From assembly GCF_963921235.1 (NCBI RefSeq), contig NC_086097.1, positions 29,204,001 to 29,268,000 on the forward strand: a stretch of 64,000 nucleotides of DNA, given 5' to 3'. A program made the translations under genes and the position numbers. Positions 13,146 through 25,500 of the stretch are shown here, piece after piece (the first letter of the stretch is position 1; each line of letters starts with the position of its first letter). Below the pieces are notes generated by a model. The model saw nothing but the letters and a program-made list of their open reading frames with translations, did no database searches and was not told where the DNA came from. This DNA is from Mobula hypostoma (lineage: Eukaryota).

Positions 13146-13471
13146 CGAGGGGTGATTGATAAGTTTGTGGCCTAAGGTAGAAGGAGTCAATTTTAGAAAA
13201 CCTAGCACACTTATTTTTCAACATAGTCCCCTCCCACATTTACACACTGAGTCCAGCGGTCGTGGAGCATACGGATCTTGGACCTCCAGACCAGAAAGCA
13301 TCCACAGCAGGGGTGATAGATAAGTTTGTAGCCTAAGGTAGACGGAGATGAGTTATACAGCTCTCGTTATATGCGCATGCAGGTCAACTCTTTGAGTGAT
13401 TGTGCAGAAAGTTTGAAGTTAATAACTCATCTCCTTCTACCGTAGGCCACGAGCTTATCAATCTCCCCTCG
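13146..13471. mobile_element. Mariner-type MITE with 41-bp TIRs
   Basis: TA|cgaggggtgattgataagtttgtggcctaaggtagaaggag at 13146-13186 and its near-perfect inverse at 13431-13471; interrupts a CR1 3' tail. Confidence 0.88.
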
Positions 13472-13860
13472 TCGAGCAGAATGAGGCCACTTGGTCCATT
13501 AAACCTGCTTTGCTCTGCCATTCCATCATGGCTGATTTATTTTCCCTCTCAACCCCACTCTCTTGCCTTCTCTCTGCAACTTTTCACACTCTTACTAATC
13601 ACAAACCTATCAACCTCCGCTTTAAATAGACCCAATGACTTGGCCTCCACAGCCGCCTGTGGCAATGATTTCTGCCCTCTGACCGAAGGGATCTCTCCTC
13701 TAAAGGGACGACCCTCTATTCTGAGGCTGTGCCCTCTGCTAGACTCTAGGGTGGGGGTGCTGCAGTCTGGAGCAGCTGAAGAGGTGCACAAGGGTCCCAA
13801 TGTGTCGGGCAACATCTGTGGCAGGAAATGAGTCAGAATCGGAATCCCAGCAACACCCAC

Positions 13861-14017
13861 AGGAACTCAGCAGGCCAGGCAACATCAAGGAAAAGAGTGC
13901 AGTCAACGTTTCGAGCTGAAACCCTTCGGCAGGACAGGGTCTCGGCCTGGGATGTCAACTGTACTCATCTCCATAGACACTGCCTGGCCTGCCGAGTTCC
14001 TCCAGCATTTTGTGTGT
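13861..14017. mobile_element. Inverted pair of PLE terminal-repeat fragments
   Basis: 13861-13925 is the diverged reverse complement of 13936-14001, with a 10-nt spacer. Confidence 0.75.
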
Positions 14018-15360
14018 TATTCTGCAGAATCTCATGTATGGTGGCAGCAGTACAATGTAAGACGTAAAGATGACTGTAAGATACGATAAGTAAATAGTGC
14101 AGCAGAGGAATGGTGAGGTAGTGTTCGTTGGTTCATGGACCATTCAGAAATCTGATGGCAGAAGGGAAAAAGCTGGTCCTAAGTTGTTGAGTGTGGGCCT
14201 TCAGGCTCCTGTACCTCCTCGCTGATGGAAGTAATGAGGGAGGGCATGCCCTGGATGGAGAGAGTCCTTAATGATGAATGCCCCCTTCTTGAGGGACTGC
14301 CTTTTGAAGATGTCCTCAGTGGCAGGGAGAGTTCAGCCTGTGATGGAGCTGGCTGAGTTTACTACCCTCTGCATCCACTTGCTGTCCTGTAGATTGGAGG
14401 CAGTGAGGCAACCTGTCAGAATTGACAGTCGATGTTTCAGGTTGACTCCGGATCAACGGGTCCATATGGACGGTCTGTATCTGACCTGGGCTGTACCTGG
14501 TGTGGAATACAGCTGGCCCAGGGTGCATCTGCCACTGAACTGATCTCAGTTCATCATGAGCCCCCCAGGCAGTTCTATACATAGCTTCGGACAGTCAAAC
14601 ACTTCCCTGTACAATACTCCCCCTGCCCCCACATATCTGTACTCGAGCGAGGCATTAAATCATTCAATACCATCTGCATTGGCATTCCCATGTAGCTATG
14701 AATCTCAACAGATTTATGCAGAGCAGAAAATTCCAGGAAATATCTAACACAGTATTGGGTGACACACAGTGAGGTGTTAACTCAGCTTTACAACCCACAA
14801 GGGTAGGACCAGGAAACTGCTGGCCAGATGATTCAGACCAGACACTTTCAGCTGCTCCAGCTAGGGCCCATGGGCTCGTTCCCTCACCTCTGAAGCCCGA
14901 CGGGGGTCGCTCAGCAGACTGGTACAGCAACCGCTCCGCCCGTGACCGCAAGAAATGGCAGCGAGTTGAGGACACAGCTCAGCCTATCACGGAAAGCAGC
15001 CTCCCCTATTCGCAATGAGTACGTCCCTGTCGACATTTCTCGCTGCCTCAGTAAAGCAGCCAGAATAATCAAAGGTTCCACTCACCACAGACGTTCTCTC
15101 TTCTCCCCCCTCCCATCAGACAGAAGACACAAAAGCCTGAAAGCACGTAACACTAGGCTCAAAGGCAGCTTCTATCCCATCGTTATAGGTCTATGGAACC
15201 CTTGTACAATAAGATGGACTCTTACCTCACAATCCAGCTCCTTATGATCTTGTACCTTATTATCTACCTGCACAACAGCTTCCCTGTAAGTGTAACACTC
15301 TATTCTGCACTCTGTTCTTGTTTTACCTTGTTCTACCTCAAAGCACCATCGTAATGGATT

Positions 15361-15637
15361 CACAACATGCTGGAGCAACTCAGCAGGTCAGGCAGCATCC
15401 GTGGAAACGATCAGTCAACGTTTCGGGCCGGAACCCTTCGTCAGGACTGAAGAGGGAAGGGGCAATTCTCCAACTTCCAGTAATTGCCCCTTCCCTCTTC
15501 AGTCCTGACAAAGGGTTCTGGCCCGAAACGTTAAACTGATTGTTTCCATGGATGCTGTCCGAACTGCTGAGTTCCTCCAGCGTGTTGTGAGTGTTGCTTT
15601 GACCCCAGCATCTGCAGAGTATATTGCGTTTACGATT
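15361..15637. mobile_element. PLE-derived foldback insertion with 10-bp TSD
   Basis: Arms 15360-15467 and 15482-15590 with a 14-nt loop; gtaatggatt at 15351-15360 and 15638-15647. Confidence 0.9.
15411..15450 (-). ncRNA. Minimal type I hammerhead ribozyme motif with intact core
   Basis: Minus strand tcagtc-CTGACGA-A-GGGT-TCCG-GCCC-GAAAC-GTT-gactga: 6-bp stem I, CUGANGA and GAAA boxes, stem II, GUH triplet. Stem III has no loop. Activity is not shown. Confidence 0.7.
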
Positions 15638-15728
15638 GTAATGGATTAATCTGTATGGACTGCAAGCAGGATGTTCACAGTTCCTCGGTGCACGTTGCAA
15701 TAATGAAACAGTTAGTGAGTTTGCCAAG

Positions 15729-16012
15729 CAGCACGGTGGCTGAGTGAGTAGAGCCACTGTCTCATGGTGCCAGAGACCAGGGTTCAACCCTCACCCTCAG
15801 CGCGTCGGCATGGAGTTTGCATGTGCAGGCTTCCCCCAGTGCCGCGATTTCCTCCCGCATCCCAACCATGTGCGGGCAGGTCAGTGGCTGCTATAAATGA
15901 TCAGAATCCGGGAGGTGTGCTTGGGAATGTGGGGAGGATACAATGAAATGGGATTCGGGTAAGAATGGCTAATTGTCAGCACGGATTCGACAGCTGAAGA
16001 GCCTGTTTCCAA
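15729..16012 (+). mobile_element. tRNA-derived SINE (HE1/V-SINE-like)
   Basis: A box tggctgagtga, B box ggttcaaccc, V-like core tttcctcccgcatccca, CR1-like 3' end. Confidence 0.75.
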
Positions 16013-16713
16013 GCTAAGCCACTAAGGTCCATCATTAGGCAATGCTGATGGGCCTTCACTTTCAAATCTATAGAACAGTGGCTGAAACTAATAACAACTA
16101 GTGATGGGAAGCATTCCTGTAGAGACATGAGTTCAATTCCTTCTAAAGAGTCCAAGAATCCATCAGACATAGGAACAGAATTAGCCATTAGATCATGGAT
16201 AACTTATTAATCCTCTCAAACCCATTCTGCTGGCTTCCCTCTGTAACCTTTGAAGCCCTTACAAATCAAGAATCTATCAGCCTCCACTTTAAACATACCC
16301 AATGACTTGGCTCCACGGTTCTCTGTAGTGGCAATGAATTCCATAGGTTCACCACCCTCTTGCTGAAGAAATTCCTCTTCATCGCTGTAAAGGGATGTCC
16401 TTCTGTTCTGAGAGCGTGCCCTCTGGTCCCAGACTGTCCACCATCAGAACATCTTCTTTATGTCCCCCTCTGTCCAGGGCTGAGAACAAGGAAAATAATT
16501 TGGCAAATGCAGGGGTTTGGTCTTCAAAGTTAAAAAAATAAAATCAAATTAAATTTATTATCAAAGTATATGTCACCATATACTCTCTCGGGATTAATTT
16601 TCTTGCAGGCATTTCCAGGAAAATAAAGAAATACAATAGAATTTATGAAAAGCTATACATGAACAAAGACTGACAAACAATCAATGTACAAAAGAAAACA
16701 AATTTGCAAATAA

Positions 16714-18678
16714 AATCAGAATCAGAATCAGGTTTATTATCACCGACATGTGACGTGAGATTTGTTAATTTAGCAGCAGCAGTTCAATGCAATACATAAT
16801 CTAGCAGAGAGAAAAAAAATAATAATAGTAAATAAACAAGTAAATCAATTACATATATTGAATAGATTTAAAAAGTACAAAAAACAGAAATACCGTATAT
16901 TTGAAAAAATGAGGTAGGATCCAAAGCTGCAATGTCCATTTAGGAATCGGATGGCAGAGGGGAAGAAGCTGTTCCTGAATTGCTGAGTGTGTGCCTTCAG
17001 GCTTCTGTATCTCCTACCTGATGGTAACAGTGAGAAAAGGGCATGCCCTGGGTGCTGGAGGTCCTTAATAATGGACGCTGCCTTTCTGAGACACCGCTCC
17101 CTAAAGATGTCCTGGGTACTTTGTAGGCTGGTACCCAAGATGGAGCTGACTAGATTTATGACCTTTTATAGCTCCTTACTGTCCTATGCAGTAGCCCCTC
17201 CATACCAGACAGTGATGCAGCCTGTCAGAATGCTCTCCACGATACAACTATAGAAGTTTTTGAGTGTATTTGTTGACATGCCAAATCTCTTCAAACTCCT
17301 AATAAAGTATAGCCACTGTTTTGTCTTCTTTATAACTACGTCGATATGATGGGACCAGATTAGATCCTCAGAGATCCTGACACCCAGGAACTTAAAACTG
17401 CTCACTCTCTCCTCTTCTGATCCCTCTATGAGGATTGGTATGTGCTCCTTCGCCTTACCCTTCCTGAAGTCCACAATCAGCTCTTTCACCTTACTGACAT
17501 TGAGTGCCAGGTTGTTGCTGTGGCACCACTCCACTAGTTGGCATATCTCACTCCTGTACCCACTCTCGTCACCAGCTGAGATCCTACCAACAATGGTTGT
17601 ATCGTCAGCAAATTTATAGATGGTATTTGAGCTATGCCTAGCCACACAGTCATGTGTATGTAGAGAGTAGAACAGTGGGCTAAGCACACACCCCTGAGGT
17701 GCGCCAGTGTTGATCGTCAGCAGGGAGGATATGTCATCACCAATCTGCACAGATTGTGGTCTTCCGGTTAGGAAGTCGAAGATCCAATTACAGAGGGAGA
17801 TACAGAGGCCCAGGTTCTGCAACTTCTCAATCAGGATTGTGGGAATGATGGTATTAAATGCTGAGTTATAATCGATGAACAGCATCCTGACGTAGGTGTT
17901 TGTGTTGTCTAGGTGGTCTAAAGCTGTGTGGAGAGCCATGGAGATTGCGTCTGCCGTTGACCTATTGTGGCGATAACAAGTTGCAATGGGTCCAGGTCCT
18001 TGCTGAGGCAGGAGTTCAGTCTAGTCATGACCAACCTCTCAAAGCATTTCATCACTGTCGATGTGAGTGCTACTGGGCAATAGTCATTAAGGCAGCCCAC
18101 GTTATTCTTCTTAGGCACTGGTATAATTGTTGCCTTTTTGAAGCAAGTAGAAACTTCCGCCTTAGCAGTGGGAAGTTGAAAATGTCCTTGAATACTCCTG
18201 CCAGTTGGTTGACACAGGTCTTCAGAGCCTTACCAGGTACTCCATTGGGACCTTCCGCTTTGCGAGGATTCACTCTCTTTAAAGACAGTCTAACATCGGC
18301 CTCTGAGACAGAGATCACAGGGTCATCAGGTGCAGCAGGGATCTTCACAGCTGTAGTTGTGTTCTGCCTTTCAAAGCAGGCATAGAAGGCATTGAGTTCT
18401 TCTGGTAGTGAAACATCGCTGCTATTCATGCTATTGGGTTTTGCTTTGTAGGAAGTAATGTCTTGCAAACCCTGTCAGAGTTGCTTTGCATCTGATGTCA
18501 CCCTTGAAATAGCCCTCCGCAAATCATACCTGATTTTCTGGTACAGGCCTGGGTCGCCAGATTTGAATGTCACAGATCTAGCCTTCAGAAGACCACGTAC
18601 CTACTGGTTCATCCATGGCTTTTGGTTTGGGAATGTACAGTAAGTCTCTGCAAGCACACACTCATCCACAGAAGTTTT
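16714..18678 (-). mobile_element. Rex1/Babar-type LINE, 5'-truncated, frameshifted RT, (ATTCTG)n tail
   Basis: [44 protein letters not shown] and KFADDTT motifs; tail at 16714-16731. Confidence 0.92.
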
Positions 18679-18832
18679 AAATCCCTGAATAATGATACTG
18701 AGAACATGAATTGTAGAGTTCTTGAACGTGAGCCGGTAGGTTGTGGAATCAGTTCAGAGTTGTGATGAGTGAGGGTATTCATGCTGGTACAGGTGCCTGG
18801 TGGTTGTAGAGTGATAACTGACAGTTTTAAGG

Positions 18833-19240
18833 TACTGGGCCTATATGCACTGGAGTTCAGAAGAATGAGGAGGGGGTGGGGGAGTCTCATTGAAACCTAT
18901 TGAATATTGAAAGGCCTAGATAGAGTGGATGTGATGTTTCCTATAGTGGGTGAGTCTAGGACCAGAGGACACTGTCCCTATAGAACAGAGATGAGGAGCA
19001 ATTTCTTTAGCCAGATTGTGGTGAATCTGTGGAATTCATTACCACAGACAGCCAAGTCATTGGATATATTTAAAGTGGAGGTTGATATGTTATTGATTAG
19101 TAAGGGTGTCAAAGGTTCTGGGGAGAAGACAGGACAATGGGGTTGAGAGGGATAATTAATCAGCCATGATCGAATGGCAGAGTAGACTTGATGGGCCAAA
19201 TGGCCTAATTTTGCTCCTATATCTTATGGTTTTATGGTCT
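18833..19240 (+). mobile_element. CR1 LINE 3' fragment
   Basis: KGLDRVDV.FPIVGESRTRGH and VVNLWNSLPQ; tatggt tail. Confidence 0.85.
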
Positions 19241-21816
19241 GTTCCTATCCATGTATCTATCTATCAGTGTACGTCTTCATCTACCTAGGCAGCCAGATCT
19301 GCACAGTGCTAATTATTCTGCAATCTTAAAGAACCTGCTTAAATTAGTGGAGTTAGGGGAAGCTCGAGAAGATTGAGATGCATCAAGTATTCCCTTTGTT
19401 CTGCATGTGATCTGAAGCTGTTCCATTACCTAATGTGTAATGAGCTTTCTCTCACACTAAAGCACAGAAGTCTCATTCTTTTCCTCAGCATCCTCTTAAG
19501 TCCCCTGAGGCCACCTGGGTTGGAGGAAAAGATCACAGTCTGCCTTCCAGCTCCCCTCTGCCAACTTGGAGAGGGGCCATTCAGCCATAATCCCGGCCTG
19601 GGTCAGAAAGCTGCTCAGCATCCCAGATAATTAATTGGACAATGAACGTATTAAAGAGAAGCTGCTGTAAGCCAACAGCAGGCTCCTTTGTTCAGGTAAC
19701 CTCTGCTTAATGGTTGGAGAGTTTGGGGGAGGGGTGAAGGTGGCTGATGGAGTGAGGGCGGATGAGGAGATTGGTGCCGCAGAGGAGGTGTGGAAGGAGA
19801 CGGTTGCTCTCACCTGTGCGAATCAATTGGAGCCTTATTTTAAATTTAAAAATTATTCTCAGCTAAAGCTACCCAAGGAACAATAAAGGAATTGAAATCA
19901 TTCTATGATAAAATTGTGTTTTTTTTTAATGATGTGATTTTGACTTCTAAAGTGCACTATAAATCTCATCCAGTCAGAGCCTTGGAAGGTGTTCCAAGCC
20001 CGTTAACCACTGTGCAGAGGGTTGTAGAGTCAGTCAGCTCCAGCACTGGCACACCGTCCCCACCATCGAGAACACCTTCAAAAGGCAATGCTTTAAGAAG
20101 GTGGTACCCACCATTAAGTACTCTCATCATCCTGGACATGTCCTCTTCTCATTATGACCATCAAGGAGGAAGTACAGGAGCCTGAAGACACGCTTTCAAC
20201 ATTTTAAGGCCAGCTTCTTCCCCTCCGACATCAGATTTCTGAATGGACCATAATTCTATGAACACCACTTCAATATTCTCATCTTTTCTTCTATTACTTA
20301 TTTATTCTCTATATATTCTTATTTGTAATCTATAGGAATTTTTATGTATTGCAATGTGTTGCTGCTGCAAAACAACACATTTCACAATGTGGGTCAGGGC
20401 AGTCTTTCATTGACTCTGTTTTATTGATTTGTTTGAGTACACCCACAAGAAAATAAATCTCAGTGTAGTATATGGTGACATAGATATACTTTGATTATAA
20501 AATTCACTTGAAACTTTGATAATAAACCTGATTTTGATTGTGTGTTACCGAACTCCACACAGACAACATTGAGGGCGGGTATCGAACCTTGGTGACCGGA
20601 GACGTGGGGCAGCGGCTCTGCATGATGTGACACCATGTCACCCTGAGCTGCTGGAATATAGAGAGTCCCCAGCCCTCCAAAATCGTCACTCAGACTGCTG
20701 ACGTTTAACCTTGGCGGCATGGCTCTGAAGAGCATCTGGCAGGAGAATCGTTTAAACAAAAACTGAGAATTCTATCGTTCACTTTCTTTGGAAGCTTTTA
20801 TTTGCTAACTTTTTAAAGCTCTGGAAATAGAACAAAAAGGTTGCTTGAGAATAAAAGGCTCTTCCAGTTGTAACAAACGCAAAAAGCAACGGGGGAACTC
20901 AGCTGGTCAGGCAGCATCCATGGAGGGAAATAGACAATTAACTGGAAACATATCGTATCTATTAACTATCTGTATATTTACAATGCTTAGAGAAACAGTA
21001 CAGTAACAGACCCTCACCACCCGACGAGCCCACACAGCCCAATTACATCCATGTGACGATTTAACCTGCTAACCCACGTCTTTGTATTCCATTGTCTTGT
21101 TTTATTTTTCTGTAACTGCCTGCAAGAAAATGAATCACAAGGTTGATAATAAATTTTACCTTGAACTTGACTCTGAAACAGTCAAGTGGGACCAGCTTGG
21201 GTAGACATCTTGACAAGGAAACGGTTGTTTAATTTATTTCGATTTGTTTGGAGGTACCGTACAGCACGGTAACAGGCTCTTCTGGCCCAACAAGTCTGCA
21301 CTGCTCAGTTACATCCGTGTAACCAATTAACCCACTAATCCCCTTGGGTTTGGAATGGGGGAGGAACCCAGAGCGGTCATGGGAAAAACGTACAAACTCC
21401 TTACGGACAGAGGCGGAATTGAACCTGGGTCGCTGGCGTTGTAATCAAAGATCAAAGTGAATTTATATCAAAGGATGTATATGTACTACCCTGAGATTCA
21501 TCTGCTTGTGGGCAAACACAGGAGAACAGAGAAGTACAATAGAACTGAAGAAAAAATGCACACACAGACAGACAAACAACCAATATGCAGAAGACAAAAC
21601 AGTGCAAATGCAAATATACGTCTAGTAAATCAATAAATAATATTGATAACGAGTTGTAGAGCCCTTGTTAGTCGGTCCATGGGTTGCTCAGTACGTTAGA
21701 CTGGCTCCTATGCTGCCGTACTGAATGGACGTCCCTCCACAGAAGCTGCCTCATCGGCTGAATTCCTCCAGAGCTCTGGCTCTTGCTCCAGATTCCAGCG
21801 TCTGCAGTCTCCTGTG

Positions 21817-21923
21817 TCTCCACAGTCCAATTGTAATGCTGCTCTCCACAGTCCGATTGTAATGCTGCTCTCCACAGTCCGATTGTAATGCTGCTCTCCA
21901 CAGTCCGATTGTAATGCTGCTCT
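21817..21923. repeat. 26-bp tandem repeat, 4 copies
   Basis: ctccacagtccgattgtaatgctgct starts at 21818, 21844, 21870 and 21896. Confidence 0.95.
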
Positions 21924-22285
21924 TCAGCTGGCTGTGTGGGTTTAGGCCCTGTGGGATTGCCTGTGTTTCACTGACCAGTGTTGGGAGGGTAGGAGCTTGA
22001 GACATAGCAGCGGAATTAGGCCTCTCGGCCCATCCTGTCTGTTCCGACATTCAATCATGGCTGATTGATTACAAACATCCTGCTCAACCTCATTCTCCTG
22101 CCTTCTCCCCAAAATCTTTCATGCCCTTACTGATTAGAAACGTATCAACTTCTTCTTTAAGTACATCCAATGACTTAGCCTCCACAGACATCTGTGGCAA
22201 TTAATTCCACTGATTTCTCCTCACCTCTGTTCTAAAGGGATGTCCTTGTATTCTGAGGCTGTGCCCTCTGGTCCTAGACTTGTGC

Positions 22286-22567
22286 CAGGGTAGTGTAACG
22301 GTTAGCATGATGCTATTAAAGCTTAGGGCGACAGAGTTTGTAGTTCAGTTCCGGTGTCCTCTGTGAACAAGTTTGTATGTTCCTTCCGGTGTGCATGTGG
22401 ATTTCCTCCAGGCGCTCCAGTTTCCTCCCACAGTCCAATGACGTACCAGTTAGGAAGGTCAATTGGTCATTGTAATTTGTCCCGTGACTAATCTAGGGTT
22501 AAATCGGTGTGGTGCGGCTCATTGGTCTGGAAGGCCCCGTTCCACACTGTATCCTTAAATAAATAAA
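22286..22567 (+). mobile_element. tRNA-derived SINE with (TAAA)n tail
   Basis: tagtgtaacggttagc head, gttcagttcc B-box-like, V core tttcctccaggcgctccagtttcctcccacagtcc, taaataaataaa tail. Confidence 0.8.
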
Positions 22568-25500
22568 ACTCCACCACTAAAGAAATTCCTTCTCATCTCA
22601 TGGGATGTCCTTGTATTATAAAGCTGTGCCCTCTGCTCCTAGACTCTCCCACTATTTTCTTGTTTTTTTTCTTTTCTGGGTGTTAGCAACAAAGGAATTT
22701 GGGAGTGAAACTCTCCCTCCAGCAATAGATAAGCCCAGGGTCCTGTAAATCATAAAAGGAGTTTGCTCCTTAGAAAGTAATCAAATGCCCATCCCACCTT
22801 GCCCATCGATAACGTGGAATATTGACAGCACAGTAAAGTACAGGAAAGGCACTTCGGCCCATCATGTTGTGACAAACTCATTATTGGCATTTGTATTCAT
22901 TCATTATATGACATGCATGAAGTTAAAGAGAGGAGCTTGTCTTGCATACTGTTCACACAGATCAAATCGTTACACAGTGCATCGAGCTAGAATAAGGTAG
23001 AACAATAACAATGCAGAATGAAGTGTAACAGCTACAGAGAAAGCGCAGTACAGGTGAACGATATAAAGTGCAAGATCCAAGTGACTTTATCAATAAGATT
23101 CTAGAATTAAGGTGTCATAATCAAACCTGTAACACCCCTCATCCCTTCTACCTACTTCGGGTCCATATCCCTCCATTCTCCACATATTCACCTGACTGTC
23201 TAGGAGCCTCTTAAACGCTATCGTATTTGCTTCTCCCACCATCCCTGGCAGTGCATTCCAGACACCCACCATTCTGCAAGAAAAGCTTGCTTCACACATC
23301 CCCTTTGAAATGAACCCCCCCCCCACAATAAATGGATGCCTTCTGGTCTTGGACGTTTCAGCCCTGTATAAACTCTACTGGCTGTCTACGTGATGGTACC
23401 ACGGTTAGTGTAACGCTATTCCAGCGCCAGCTATTCCCGCCAATGTCCGTAAGGAGATTGTACATTCTCCCCATGACCGCGTAGATTTCCTCCAGGTGAT
23501 CTGGTTTCCTCCCACGGTGAGGGTTAATAAGTTGTGGGCATGCGCCCAAAGTGACACTTGCAGATTGCCCAGCACAAACCTCGCTGATTGATTTCGATGT
23601 ACAGTACGTGTGACAAAAGAAACTAATCAAATCTGCTGATAATTTTATAAACTTCTAACTGGTCTCTCGTTCAGCTTCTGCTGTTCCAGAGAAAACAACC
23701 CAAGTTTGTCCCACCTCTTATAACTCGTGCCCGTGTGAAAGGAGCTGTCTGCGGAAGTGGTGGGTGCTGGCTAGATTGCAACACCTAAGAGAAATTTGGA
23801 AAAGTAATGGATTGGAGGGGTATGGAGGACTATGGTCATGGTTCCCTCTGAACTTTGCGGGTGCACGGCCACGCACTAACTGAAATGCTCCTATGCACAT
23901 AGCCTCTGTTGCTGCGCAGCTGGAATTTTCTTTTATATAATGTTTTATTCAAGTTCCGCGCTGTTTTCAGGCCACGTAAAAATTTTCCACTCAGGGCAAT
24001 GGTTGCTCCGTGTAGCTGTAAAAAAAATTAGAGAACGTTGGCAGTGGTCCAGGTGCGTGTCGATGGAACTTGGCAGAATAATATTTTAGCATGGACTAGA
24101 TGGGCTGAGGGGCCTGTTTCTGTGCTATGGTGCACTGTTAATTCTAACTCAGGCAGCATCCTGGTATCTATGGAAGAGCGTGTCAATGCAGTATCCATAT
24201 TGACCTCCTTTGCCACTACAGTGGAAGACCGTATCCTCGATCTTTGGGATTGCCTCAGCTGAAGAAGCCAGAGAAGGAATATATTTTTAAAGAGTTTGAT
24301 TGATAATGCCTGCACTGCTCTGTCCCACTAGCATTCACAAGCCAGAAAGGGCCCTTATGGTTTCCTTACTCTGTGACATGTGTGAAACAATGAGGCTTCG
24401 GGATGGGGCAGTGGGGCGGTGGGGGGAGAGGGCAAAATTCTGTCAGTTCCCAACTCCTTATAAATAAATGCACACTCAGAGTTGGGATCCCAGGAGCACC
24501 ACGTCAGGGTTGGCAGCTTTTGTGAAGTGCGTGCTCCGCATCCTCAACTGCTGAATCAGAGCTGAGAATAAAGATTTTAAAGATTAGCTTTATTTGTCGC
24601 ATATATATTGAAACTTACGATCAACTGTGTAGTTTTACGTCAACAATTCGAATATGTGCTGGAGGCAGCCGGCAAGTGTTGCCATGTCCCTTGCACCAAC
24701 ACAGCATGCCCACAACTCACTAACCCTGACCTGCGGTCTTTGGACTGTGGGAGGAAACCGGAGCACCCGGAGGAAACTTATGCAGTCCAGGGAAGAAAAT
24801 TCAAACTCCTTACAGCGGCAGGATAAAGCGTTAATGGCATTTTCGTCACTGGCGAATAAAGCGTTAAAAGTAGCTGCTACATTATCATGATGCTCTTATG
24901 CTGCCGAAATGCCATTTCTGGAACTGTGCTGCCCTTCTGAATCAGAGCTGGCTCTTGCGTTTACCCGCACGATGGAGGGAAGGAGTGTGTTGCATATTGA
25001 GGCACACTCTCCTCCATCACTTGACACCTTGTTTGCCGGCGATCGGAACAACCCCAGTGAGCTGGGTGAGAGAGGCTACTTACCCCACTGTACAGGGACA
25101 GTAACACACTCTTGAACAACACCAAGGCCCTGTGAACAATTGGTACTCTGAATGAAGGTTTCCTAGCAACGGGGAGCAAGACTTAGAGAGGACATCTACC
25201 AGGATGCTGCTAGATTAGAGGTGTTAAGAGGCATAGATAGACTGGACAGCCAGAGTGGGTGGAAATGGCTAATATGGAGATGGAAGCCAAAGGGGTATCA
25301 GATGTCTGGAAGTTGAGGCCCAATGGCCGAAACTTGGAGACTGGAGGCTCGCCTTGGAGTTGGGAGACTATGTATGTTTGTGGGGGACAGGAGGGTGTGA
25401 AGGATGAACAGGGCTTGTTTTGCTGTTGTTGTTTTGTTGCTTGTTGTTGCCTGTGTTGTTCTGCTGAGCATTGTAGGCAGGCCATGTTGGCGCCGGAACG

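Noticed and set aside
15729..15800. tRNA genes at SINE heads
   Set aside because: A and B boxes are present but no complete cloverleaf is evident, and they continue into SINE core and tail.
19489..19695. 207-nt plus-strand coding exon (ttttcctcAG .. GTAAC)
   Set aside because: Stop codons in all three frames.
24982..24990. miR-122 similarity (ggagtgtg)
   Set aside because: Only the seed-length stretch matches; the rest of the mature sequence does not.
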